From a virus: a stretch of DNA of 64,000 bases. Both the position numbers and the translations under genes were made by a program. The notes below the pieces were generated by a model. It saw only the letters and a program-made list of their open reading frames with translations. It ran no database searches and had not been told where the DNA came from. The stretch covers positions 70,123-134,122 of the IMG/VR virus record IMGVR_UViG_3300002920_000062, one strand, 5' to 3'. Below, piece by piece: positions 7,246 through 16,014 of the stretch (its first letter is position 1; each line of letters opens with the position of its first letter).

Positions 7246-9273
7246 TCATTGATGATGTTGAGGCAAACATCTTTTCATTCTTTTACTTTTCAGATGGATA
7301 TTTTCATTGATAGCTTCTTTTTTCATAAAACTATAAAATTTTTCAGTTGGTATATTCCAATTTGTCGTATTTTCAATCATTCTACGTAAATTAGGTTCAT
7401 GTAAATCAAAATTAAAAACGGCGGGGTTATAGTCGTGGTATTCTTCTTCTATCCAATCTGCGATAGAATCAGGAGTTACTTTTCCATCACCGTCATACAA
7501 AGACTCGTTTGCGTAAACAGCAACGTGATAAACCCTAGCATCAGATGCTAATATATCTTCCGGTTCTGCTTCTGTTTCATAAATATCCTCACATATTACA
7601 ACCAACTTGGCTGGAATAGATTTTTCTTCCAATATACACGCCAGCGCTAGTGCAAAAGTTCCACAATTTCCGCCATAGAGTAGATTTTTTCCGAAATGCT
7701 TTTGAGACATTTCTATAATAGATAATATCAAGTCTTTTTTTTGATTTTCTTTATATAAATAGGAATCATCTGCTACCTCATTGATAGTCCCCATATTTGT
7801 TTTACCATTAATGAAAGTTATTATTTTCTGAGCAAAAGCAGGGGGAGAGATCATAGCAGGAGAATTAATCACTTTGTCAGCATATTTATAGATACGCTTG
7901 ACCAATTGCTTGTATTGTGGTTCTTGTGTATCGTAAATTTGGTCTAACTTGCTGTTCACAAGAGCATATATGATATAGTTTTTTAATTGCCGACTAGTTA
8001 TTGGTTTATTATCTCTTTGGTGTTTTAGTATTACTCTACCCATCTCTAAAAAAGCTTGTTGCGTCCTGGAGTTGGCCTCGTAAAGTAATTTTAGATATTC
8101 TTCTCTGTTAGTAGGATTTATATTTTTAAATACCTTACCGTCGCTCTTTATATTGTCAATGTGATGCTGTATTTCATGTGCTAGGTTTGATGTCAACGTA
8201 TACATTAATGATGTGTTATTCTGTTCGGTAATTAATTTAATTACGTCTAGATATAATATTATCCTTTTTGTAAATGGCTCGTATGTCGCGGTCATAGTAC
8301 CCGTATTTTTTGACCCTGTAGTGTCTGAATTATTATTGGTGACTAAAACTCTGAGGTCTTTTAAATAAGAAAGCATGTTCTTGTCATTTATTTTTGGCAA
8401 ATTAAAATCTAAGAAGTTGAGACCGTAATCCAATAATTTTTCTTTTCTATTCTTGTGAGCATTATTCTTATCTTTTCTAAGTAGCTGTATAATATCTTTT
8501 ACTGCATAGCGCGATAACAGATTGACTAGTTCACTTTCTTCTACAGTTTCGTTTAATTGCTCATCAATACTGAGGTTTTTGCTTTCAAGGTCTTTTTTCA
8601 AGTCAAACAACTCTTGAATAAGTCCCTGTTTTCTTACTGCTTTATATGCAATATTTTCTGGACCGAATTCACCTGTCTTACTAAGACCAGCTTTGCGGTA
8701 TCTTTTGATAATGGCTAAAACATTTTCGACCTTATTGAGGTCTTTAGATTTTAATGCCAACTCTACTAGCTCGCCAAGTTTCTCATATTTCAGCTTTGTT
8801 GCTGCTTCGTCAAAGTTAGGTTTTTCTTTTTTGGGAATACTAATCCAATCATCATTCAAAATGCTATATTCACCTACACTATAGTGGTCTTCATTTGTGT
8901 CTTGAACGTATAATTCTACTGGAATTTTCTTGACCATAATTGAGTGGTTACTGTTGTATAGCATTTTCTTTGCATTGAACAGTTCACGGTATACATCACT
9001 GTCTGGCAGTTTACTAAAATCTACCAGCAAATGTAAATCTAGGTCGCTGTGTGGAGTCCAAGTAAATGCCGCATTAGAACCCGAAATGGTAATATCTTCA
9101 ATTTTTAGGTTACTTACGCCAAGATATTCTGCAAAATGTCTGGCAATTTTTTCAAGTTGCTCTCTAACTTCTGGTTTGAGTTTTTCATCTTGCCAAATAG
9201 CTGGATTAAGTGTGTCATTGAACTTGACGGCGTCACTTAATTTGAATTTTGTTAATTCTTGAATCTTTGCCAT
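7246..9273 (-). CDS. Multidomain protein: Pol-beta-type nucleotidyltransferase, HExxH zincin-like domain and Cys-containing papain-like domain
   Basis: ISGSNA..SDLDLH (GS plus DxD), LAHEIQHH, GGNCGTFALAL..YHVAV..LYDGDG. Confidence 0.75.
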   Translation of the reverse strand: MAKIQELTKFKLSDAVKFNDTLNPAIWQDEKLKPEVREQLEKIARHFAEYLGVSNLKIEDITISGSNAAFTWTPHSDLDLHLLVDFSKLPDSDVYRELFNAKKMLYNSNHSIMVKKIPVELYVQDTNEDHYSVGEYSILNDDWISIPKKEKPNFDEAATKLKYEKLGELVELALKSKDLNKVENVLAIIKRYRKAGLSKTGEFGPENIAYKAVRKQGLIQELFDLKKDLESKNLSIDEQLNETVEESELVNLLSRYAVKDIIQLLRKDKNNAHKNRKEKLLDYGLNFLDFNLPKINDKNMLSYLKDLRVLVTNNNSDTTGSKNTGTMTATYEPFTKRIILYLDVIKLITEQNNTSLMYTLTSNLAHEIQHHIDNIKSDGKVFKNINPTNREEYLKLLYEANSRTQQAFLEMGRVILKHQRDNKPITSRQLKNYIIYALVNSKLDQIYDTQEPQYKQLVKRIYKYADKVINSPAMISPPAFAQKIITFINGKTNMGTINEVADDSYLYKENQKKDLILSIIEMSQKHFGKNLLYGGNCGTFALALACILEEKSIPAKLVVICEDIYETEAEPEDILASDARVYHVAVYANESLYDGDGKVTPDSIADWIEEEYHDYNPAVFNFDLHEPNLRRMIENTTNWNIPTEKFYSFMKKEAINENIHLKSKRMKRCLPQHHQ

Positions 9274-9339
9274 ACAGTATTTAGCACTGTATGACTAATA
9301 AAGTTTCTTTTAAAGTTTTTTAAGCCAAAATCTATCAAA

Positions 9340-9695
9340 AAGTCAAACTTATGCTAGCATGTAGTAGTCAAGTGTTAGTTGATTCTGTTTCAAAGCTCAA
9401 CTAACAAAGCTCATGTTAAGTTATGCTGCTAGAGCATACTCAACAATGTCGTTATCATTTGCGACATTTATTTTTATGGTCTATATGCGACCAACCAATC
9501 AGTCTAAGTTGTCCTATTATTTAGCCGTCGATTCCCATATCAGGCCCATCAACGCTAGTGGATAAATTCATCTATATTACCGTCCCCAACCTTCCCTGTT
9601 GTTGGGTACTAATATCTGCCACTAGCGATGGTGGACCTGCCCGGATTCGAACCGGGGTGCGCGCCAATTTTATTGACTCCTATCATCAACTGATA
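9340..9695 (-). ncRNA. ssrA: Circularly permuted two-piece tmRNA
   Basis: Minus-strand order: T-arm CCCGG-TTCGAAT-CCGGG, CAGGTCC-A-CCA (ends 9629), intervening hairpin (9553-9561/9619-9627), 5' end GGGCCTG..ATCGACGG (starts 9547), tag ANDNDIVEYALAA* (9463-9422). The acceptor stem has G3.U. Outer ends are approximate. Confidence 0.92.
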
Positions 9696-9829
9696 GTTTA
9701 TTTATCCATAAGACTACCAATAATGTCAATAATTTTGTGCCTAGGATTGTGATACAAGACAGCAAATTTGCCAGACCGTGACTATTAATTTAGACATTAT
9801 GTCAGTTAATTTAATAATTGTCATCTGTT

Positions 9830-9970
9830 TTAGAAAGGCCCAATACCTTTTTTTGCCATCTGTGTGGCTCGTTGATGTATTTGTTCTTGAGATAGGTTGG
9901 TATCTCTTAAATACTTGACCCAGTTTTGATATAATCTTTGATATTGTTGGTTATTATTTGGCTTTGACAT
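9830..9970 (-). CDS. Small hypothetical protein (46 aa, MSKPNNNQQYQRLY..GIGPF)
   Basis: Hand translation; ATG one base after the stop of the 9972 gene. Below the ORF-track length cut-off. Confidence 0.6.
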   Translation of the reverse strand: MSKPNNNQQYQRLYQNWVKYLRDTNLSQEQIHQRATQMAKKGIGPF

Positions 9971-9971
9971 T

Positions 9972-10925
9972 TTAACTCCCTGTCACACTACTAGTCACTG
10001 AAACATTGCCCCAGCTATTAGCTAAGAAAGTAGTCTCAGGGAATACCACTTCTAGATTAGTTGAAGTTCCAGACTGTAGAACAATATCATTGGGTACTTG
10101 CTTGAATATTGTGCTAAGTATTACCGCCGATCCATTATCGTTATTAGTCCCTTGTGAACCATTTGTTCTCAAAACTATTCTAACTGAAGAACTTCGGTGT
10201 GTTAATGGCCCGGTTGATGCTGTTTGTGAAAACACAGTTACGTTTGAACTTGACAACCCATAATATCCCCTGCTAGTGTCAATAATAGGGGTATTTCCAC
10301 CCCCAAGAACTCTAGTTACACCACTAAAATAGTTACCGTTAATAAGTGCTGTCCCGGCTGCTGGAGCTGATATTACAACTGTACCAACATTGGCTGTTAA
10401 GTCGTTGAACATTTGGTTAGTGCTTGCACCTGCAGGATGATCTACAGTAATTTTAAACTGTCCGCCCGTGTTGAAGAAGTACCTTGCAGCATCACCATTT
10501 TGAAATGTCACGACATGGTTAAAGGTTATTTCGTCCTGCCAAGTAGTATTGATAATTCTAGTGTAGGTGGCTGTTGTTCCTTGTAAGGCTGCGTTAAACC
10601 TATTGGTATAAACAAGTGCTAAATTATTTTCTAATACTGAAGAAAATGCTATTGTGTTACCAGTTACAGGGGCATTGATGTTGATTATAGAAGTGCCCTG
10701 ATGTGCAGCAATTAGTCCCAAATTTGTAGCTAAGGAATTCCATTTATTTGCTGCGGTTACTAAATTTTTGGGTTCTACTTGAGCAATAGGTGTTTGTCCG
10801 TACCCTAAAGTTCCACTTCCAGTAGCTAATATTCCGTTAAGCGTGTTTGGCGTAGTAGTAATGGTATTTCCTATCAGTGAATTGAAGTCAGATGCTTCAA
10901 CAAGTCCATTATCTACATACGCCAT
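9972..10925 (-). CDS. Virion structural protein (tail/baseplate-associated)
   Basis: Thr/Asn/Gly-rich beta-type composition; last gene of the structural cluster. Confidence 0.7.
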   Translation of the reverse strand: MAYVDNGLVEASDFNSLIGNTITTTPNTLNGILATGSGTLGYGQTPIAQVEPKNLVTAANKWNSLATNLGLIAAHQGTSIININAPVTGNTIAFSSVLENNLALVYTNRFNAALQGTTATYTRIINTTWQDEITFNHVVTFQNGDAARYFFNTGGQFKITVDHPAGASTNQMFNDLTANVGTVVISAPAAGTALINGNYFSGVTRVLGGGNTPIIDTSRGYYGLSSSNVTVFSQTASTGPLTHRSSSVRIVLRTNGSQGTNNDNGSAVILSTIFKQVPNDIVLQSGTSTNLEVVFPETTFLANSWGNVSVTSSVTGS

Positions 10926-10930
10926 AATAG

Positions 10931-12169
10931 TTACCTAGCAAACACTATAGATTCAAGTAATTCTTCTTCTTCAGTATTTTTATCTGATAATGCCTTGCCA
11001 ATTATGTTGAACGGGGTTATTTCATCTTTTCTGGCTGCTCGCGCCAACCCATTGCCCGCACTTACTAGTCTGTCACCCTTGGTTACTAGCCCAATTACCC
11101 TAACCTTAACTCTCCCAACAAGAGCTACTGGAGGGTGAGTATTATTGTTACCTGCGCTCGCGTTCATCAAGTAAGCCGCAGTGTTTGATATCACGCCAAA
11201 AACTTCTTCAGAAAGTTCTTCATCTACCTGAGTAATTTCGTTTGCACCACCAATCTTGACTACAGTCCCTGGGGCATAAGTTCTATCTGTACTAAATCGT
11301 TCCGCCAAGTCTGCATAAGTAGCCTGTAAGGTTGACCCTGGTGTTAGCGTCCAAGTTCCAGTGATGTTACCTGTTGTGGCTGGGGTGCCTGTTGATAAGC
11401 TTCTACCATTAAATACAGTTGCGCCTCCTAATGCTCCTATATTGCCTACGTAAGTAGGTAAATATGATGCAACGTTGGCATTTGAGTAAGTTCCTGGGAA
11501 TGTAAGGGGAGCACCATTAGCGAAGTAATAGTTATCTGTTCTAATACCAACTGCACCGTTACCTGTGATAACCAAATTACCACCAGTTACCCATAATGCA
11601 GTTCCGTTAACACCGTTGGCGATACCAGAGCCGTTGGCTGTCCAAGTTCCAGTTAATGTTCCCGCTGTTGAGGTATTTCCAGTTGTGATATTAGTAGTAG
11701 TTAATGTTCCTTGTACCCTGGCATTAGTAATATTGGCGGTGAGAATGTTTGCAGTAGCACTTACTGTTAAGACATTGGATGTTAAATCACCTGCATTTAT
11801 ACTATTAGTGATTGATAAATTATTCCCAGATATATTTCCCGAAACACTAACATTACCGAATGCTGTGGAACCCCCAGATGAACCTGAAGCTAGAGTAATC
11901 CATGCTGCGGCGTTAGCTTCACCATCGTTGGGACAAACACTTAAGGTATTAGTCGAAGTGTTGAACCAAAGCTGTCCCCTCAAAGGGTTAGCGGGCGGGG
12001 ATGATGAAGCAAAATTTTCAAGTACGTGGACAAAGTTGGTGTTTAATGCTTGACCATATCCTGAAAAGCTTCTACCTGGCAAACCGAGTGAAGTGCTAGT
12101 AGTTTCTATTGTACCATCTGCAATAGTTGTTAAAACTGTGCCGTCACTCTTGACAATGGTATAGGCCAT
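10931..12169 (-). CDS. Tail-fibre-like protein with C-terminal YADLAE domain
   Basis: N-terminus paralogous to the 12241 gene. C-terminal TYADLAERF..PGTVV..GVIS..VALVGRV..KGDRLVSA resembles autoprocessing/chaperone-like tails. Confidence 0.75.
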   Translation of the reverse strand: MAYTIVKSDGTVLTTIADGTIETTSTSLGLPGRSFSGYGQALNTNFVHVLENFASSSPPANPLRGQLWFNTSTNTLSVCPNDGEANAAAWITLASGSSGGSTAFGNVSVSGNISGNNLSITNSINAGDLTSNVLTVSATANILTANITNARVQGTLTTTNITTGNTSTAGTLTGTWTANGSGIANGVNGTALWVTGGNLVITGNGAVGIRTDNYYFANGAPLTFPGTYSNANVASYLPTYVGNIGALGGATVFNGRSLSTGTPATTGNITGTWTLTPGSTLQATYADLAERFSTDRTYAPGTVVKIGGANEITQVDEELSEEVFGVISNTAAYLMNASAGNNNTHPPVALVGRVKVRVIGLVTKGDRLVSAGNGLARAARKDEITPFNIIGKALSDKNTEEEELLESIVFAR

Positions 12170-12240
12170 TTTATTTCTCCTATTTACTCAATTATTTATC
12201 TAGACTGTTCTTGGTATATTTTTTCGTAAAATCAAAATTA

Positions 12241-15228
12241 TTAAACACCAATAGCAAAATATGACAAGATCACTGGATTTCTATCTCCAGACACTGATAC
12301 TGTAAAGTTTGTGTTGGTGAAGTTGCTTATCCAGAATATTTCGTCTTTTTCATCCCCTCCGTTTGGGTTACCACGAAACGTCAAGAATACCTGGAACGTT
12401 GTATTGTTGAATGCTCTAGGGAAATTATAAGTAAAACTCGTCCCCGTGCTATTTACAGAAATTTGTCCCCATTGCATTATCAATCCATTTGGCAGGGCTG
12501 TCCATCCTGTAGAATATAAACTACCTGTAAAATCGGCAACAGCAACTACGTTTGAACCGTTTCTAGTCAATCTTCCGCCTATATCTAGGTTACCGATAGT
12601 TGTGTTGCCCTGCAAATTGGATGTACCAGATACAGCCAATGATGTTAAAGTTCCTATACTTGTAATGTTGGGCTGTGATGCATTAGAGACTGTTTGGGCA
12701 ATCAAGGCAGTATTGGCTAAGGAAGCTGTTCCAGCATTCGATGCAAACGAGGCCGAGTTGGCAGAACCTGCACTTGTTGCAAATGTAGCATTAGCTGCTG
12801 TGCCCGAAATACTGATATTATATGTACCTGATAATCTTGAAACTGGAATTGTACCTGTCGTTATATTTGATGCATTAAGGTTATTTAGGCCTGCACCATT
12901 TCCATTGAAAATGCCAGTTGTGGATATATTGCCCCCTGAGATATTTCCCGATACAGAAAGAGAAGTCAATGTCCCAACTGACGTGATATTGGGTTGCGAT
13001 GATGCTGTAACGTTTTGCGCTCTAACTGAATCGTTGGCGTTAATGGCAAGATTTGCAGTCCCTGCTGTACTTGCGGTTACTGCATTAGTAGCTGTTGTGG
13101 CACTTGCGGCTGATCCAGTAATGTTGATATTATACGTACCTGCAAGTCTAGTATTAGCAAGCGTTCCTGTCGTTATATTTGATGCATTAAGGTTATTTAG
13201 GCCTGCACCATTTCCAGTGAAAGTACCAGTTATGGATACATTGCCCCCTGAGATATTTCCTGATACAGAAAGGGAGGTCAATGTCCCAACTGACGTGATG
13301 TTAGGTTGAGCATTATTGGTTACTGTTTGTGCGGTAGTTGCAATCTGAGCTACGGGAACTGTTCCGCTAATATTAGATCCTGTAATATTAGTTAGGCCTG
13401 CACCATTTCCAGTGAAAGTACCAGTTATGGATACATTGCCCCCTGAGATATTTCCCGATACAGAAAGAGAAGTCAATGTCCCAACTGACGTGATGTTAGG
13501 TTGAGCATTATTGGTTACTGTTTGTGCGGTTACAGCAGTGCCTGCATTAGCCCAAGAGACTGTTCCACCTCCACCTGATGTTAGAACCTGACCCGGCAAA
13601 CCTCCAGTGATTCTTAAATTAGCTGCTGTCCCTAGACTTACATTAGCACCAGTAAATGAAACATTACCAGAAACATTAAGACCTGTCAATGTTCCCACTG
13701 ACGTAACGTTTGGCTGGGACGATGTAATTAGTGTCCCCCCTAATCCCGATGCTGTAATTGTTCCGGCTAGTACTGTCATGTTGCCAGCAGTGATATTTCC
13801 AGAAACTGTTAACCCTGTCAATGTCCCAACCGATGTGATGTTGGGTTGTGCATTAGCAGTGACAGTAATCGCAGTATCAGCCGCTGCCGCAGATTGCCAT
13901 GATAGAACACCCAAACCGTTGGTTGATAGTACCTGACCAGCAGAACCACCAAGTATTCTTAAGTTAGCAACTTGTCCTAAATTTACCACCTGACTGTTGA
14001 ACTGCACGTTACCCATAACTGTCAATCCAGTTAGATTACCCACTGAAGTAATATTAGGTTGAGCGTTATTGGTTACTGTATTTGCAGTGTTTGCAGAGTT
14101 TGCAGTATTTGCAGAAGATACTGTTGGGAAAGTACCAACCAAACTTGAAACAGGAATGTTGGTCAATCCTGCGCCGTTACCAGTAAATACACCGCCTGTA
14201 GTGATATTACCGGCTGTTAGATTACCGCTTATAGCAAGCGAGGTTAGTGTTCCTAGACTCGTGATGTTGGGCTGTGCTGAGGTAGTTACTGTCCCAGCAG
14301 TAGTTGCAGTGTTTGCAGTAGTTGCAGTAATCGCGCTTGCTACTGCTCCGACAATGTTTGCGCCTGCAACGTTAGAAATTCCATTAATTGATGAACCGGC
14401 AGATAATGTCCAGTTACCAATTATAGTACCAGTTGTAGTATTTGCACCAGTAGTTAATGTTCTACCATTGAATACAGTGTTGGCGCCAAAGACACCTACA
14501 TTACCTATATAGGTTGGCAAGAATGATTGAACATTAGCATTTGAATAAGTTCCATCAAACGATACCGGTTGACCATTAGCATACATATAGTTGTCAGTCT
14601 TGATACCGACTTGAACTGATGGGTCAAATACTACCAGATTACCCCTGGTTACATACAGGCTAGTGTTGGCAACCCCCTCAATTGTAGCTGCTCCGTCAAC
14701 TTTCCATGCGCCAACAATATTACCCTTAGTTCCAACTGTGCCAGCAGTAATGTCTCGGGTATTTACCAGGTTAGCGTTAGTTGTAGTAATGTTGGCTGTT
14801 GTAATATTTGCTGACGTATTAACAACAAGTGTATTAGCAACAATATCGCCAGTGATTATGTCGTTGGTAACTGATATGTTATTTGCAGAGATATTTCCGG
14901 TTGCAGCTAAATTATTAAGAGTTAAATCGGTAATAGTTTGCGGAGAAAGTAAAGCGTACCAATTTGCCGGGTTAGTTTCACCGTCAGATGGGCAAACGTA
15001 TAGAATCTTGTTGGTAGTGTTAAACCAAAGCTGACCCTTAATAGGATTATTGGGAGGAGAAACATTAGCAAAGTTTTCAAGAGCTTTAATAAAGTTGGTA
15101 TTAACTATCTGACCATAGCTAGCAAAGTTCCTACCCGGTAAACTAAGGGATGTGCTGGTAGTATTAACTACACCATCTGGTATAGTTGTTAATACCGTTC
15201 CATTAGTCCTAATAATTGTATAAGACAT
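12241..15228 (-). CDS. Long tail fibre with repeated AQPNITSVGTL modules and C-terminal gp53-like domain
   Basis: Eight or more QPNITS repeats; C-terminal GWTALPNGLIMQWG motif. Confidence 0.85.
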   Translation of the reverse strand: MSYTIIRTNGTVLTTIPDGVVNTTSTSLSLPGRNFASYGQIVNTNFIKALENFANVSPPNNPIKGQLWFNTTNKILYVCPSDGETNPANWYALLSPQTITDLTLNNLAATGNISANNISVTNDIITGDIVANTLVVNTSANITTANITTTNANLVNTRDITAGTVGTKGNIVGAWKVDGAATIEGVANTSLYVTRGNLVVFDPSVQVGIKTDNYMYANGQPVSFDGTYSNANVQSFLPTYIGNVGVFGANTVFNGRTLTTGANTTTGTIIGNWTLSAGSSINGISNVAGANIVGAVASAITATTANTATTAGTVTTSAQPNITSLGTLTSLAISGNLTAGNITTGGVFTGNGAGLTNIPVSSLVGTFPTVSSANTANSANTANTVTNNAQPNITSVGNLTGLTVMGNVQFNSQVVNLGQVANLRILGGSAGQVLSTNGLGVLSWQSAAAADTAITVTANAQPNITSVGTLTGLTVSGNITAGNMTVLAGTITASGLGGTLITSSQPNVTSVGTLTGLNVSGNVSFTGANVSLGTAANLRITGGLPGQVLTSGGGGTVSWANAGTAVTAQTVTNNAQPNITSVGTLTSLSVSGNISGGNVSITGTFTGNGAGLTNITGSNISGTVPVAQIATTAQTVTNNAQPNITSVGTLTSLSVSGNISGGNVSITGTFTGNGAGLNNLNASNITTGTLANTRLAGTYNINITGSAASATTATNAVTASTAGTANLAINANDSVRAQNVTASSQPNITSVGTLTSLSVSGNISGGNISTTGIFNGNGAGLNNLNASNITTGTIPVSRLSGTYNISISGTAANATFATSAGSANSASFASNAGTASLANTALIAQTVSNASQPNITSIGTLTSLAVSGTSNLQGNTTIGNLDIGGRLTRNGSNVVAVADFTGSLYSTGWTALPNGLIMQWGQISVNSTGTSFTYNFPRAFNNTTFQVFLTFRGNPNGGDEKDEIFWISNFTNTNFTVSVSGDRNPVILSYFAIGV
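12854..13530. repeat. Near-identical intragenic repeats in the tail fibre gene
   Basis: 13197-13335 vs 13392-13530: 139 bp with 3 differences. 12854-12904 is identical to 13166-13216. Confidence 0.9.
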
Positions 15229-15239
15229 TTACCACTCCT

Positions 15240-15863
15240 TTAAACTGTTACCAAGTTAGTTAATGATTGTATTCTAATAGTGTAGTCAATCTGAATTTGC
15301 CTATTCAAAGACTTCTGCACTGGATGAAAAATAACATGTGTCAACAATCTAGTGACATTATTCCCGTTGTTGTCTATGCCATAGTTAGCGAGTAGACCAA
15401 GCTCGTCAAAGACAAAGTTGTTATCTACCTGGGTGCTATTGTCAAACGCCTGCTGCCCAAATGGTTCACCGTAATCTAGTAGACATTGGATAAGGATATC
15501 TGAGTAAAGATTTCCCACAGTATGAAAGACAGTCATCTTGTTTCTAGTAGGATCTAGGTTAAAAACGCTAGTATCATCAACAATCTTTTCATAGGTTTGA
15601 TTGTATAATGCTGCATTTCTACCAGTCACGTTTGGTGGAAGATAAGTAATTACCCCTGTTTGATCTACGTTTGCGCCCCCATTTCCAAAAGCCATCTGAA
15701 ATATTTGGCCGATACCTCTACTGCTCAAAGTGTCTGCCATTGCCTCAGAAATATTCTCATAATGGATGGCGTTTTTTTTGTCCACAAATATTTCTTCAGT
15801 ATTTGGATCGTAAATCTTCAAGAAACCTTCTATCTTATATGAAAGATTAATAGTATTTGCCAT
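15240..15863 (-). CDS. Conserved structural protein (207 aa)
   Basis: ORF track; FDELGL..LLTHVIFHPVQKSLNRQIQIDYTIRI; within the baseplate/fibre operon. Confidence 0.8.
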   Translation of the reverse strand: MANTINLSYKIEGFLKIYDPNTEEIFVDKKNAIHYENISEAMADTLSSRGIGQIFQMAFGNGGANVDQTGVITYLPPNVTGRNAALYNQTYEKIVDDTSVFNLDPTRNKMTVFHTVGNLYSDILIQCLLDYGEPFGQQAFDNSTQVDNNFVFDELGLLANYGIDNNGNNVTRLLTHVIFHPVQKSLNRQIQIDYTIRIQSLTNLVTV

Positions 15864-16000
15864 TATCTGTCAGCCCTTAGATTAATAAAAGTTTCTTGAG
15901 TGTTTGGATCAAATATTTTTATACCCGAAGAGAACATAAATCCCCCAGTCTCGTCCGGTTTCTTGTTTTCAGTGTTTGGCTTTTCAATATTGTTCATCAT
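15863..16000 (-). CDS. Small protein (45 aa, MMNNIEKPNTENKKPDETGGFMFSSGIKIFDPNTQETFINLRADR)
   Basis: Hand translation; GATAAATA at 16005-16012 upstream; TAATG overlap with the next gene. Confidence 0.7.
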   Translation of the reverse strand: MMNNIEKPNTENKKPDETGGFMFSSGIKIFDPNTQETFINLRADR

Positions 16001-16014
16001 ATTTTATTTATCTT

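Noticed and set aside
9629-9660. Stand-alone tRNA gene
   Set aside because: Only the T-arm and acceptor 3' strand are present here; the partner 5' strand lies downstream with a tag frame, which fits permuted tmRNA.
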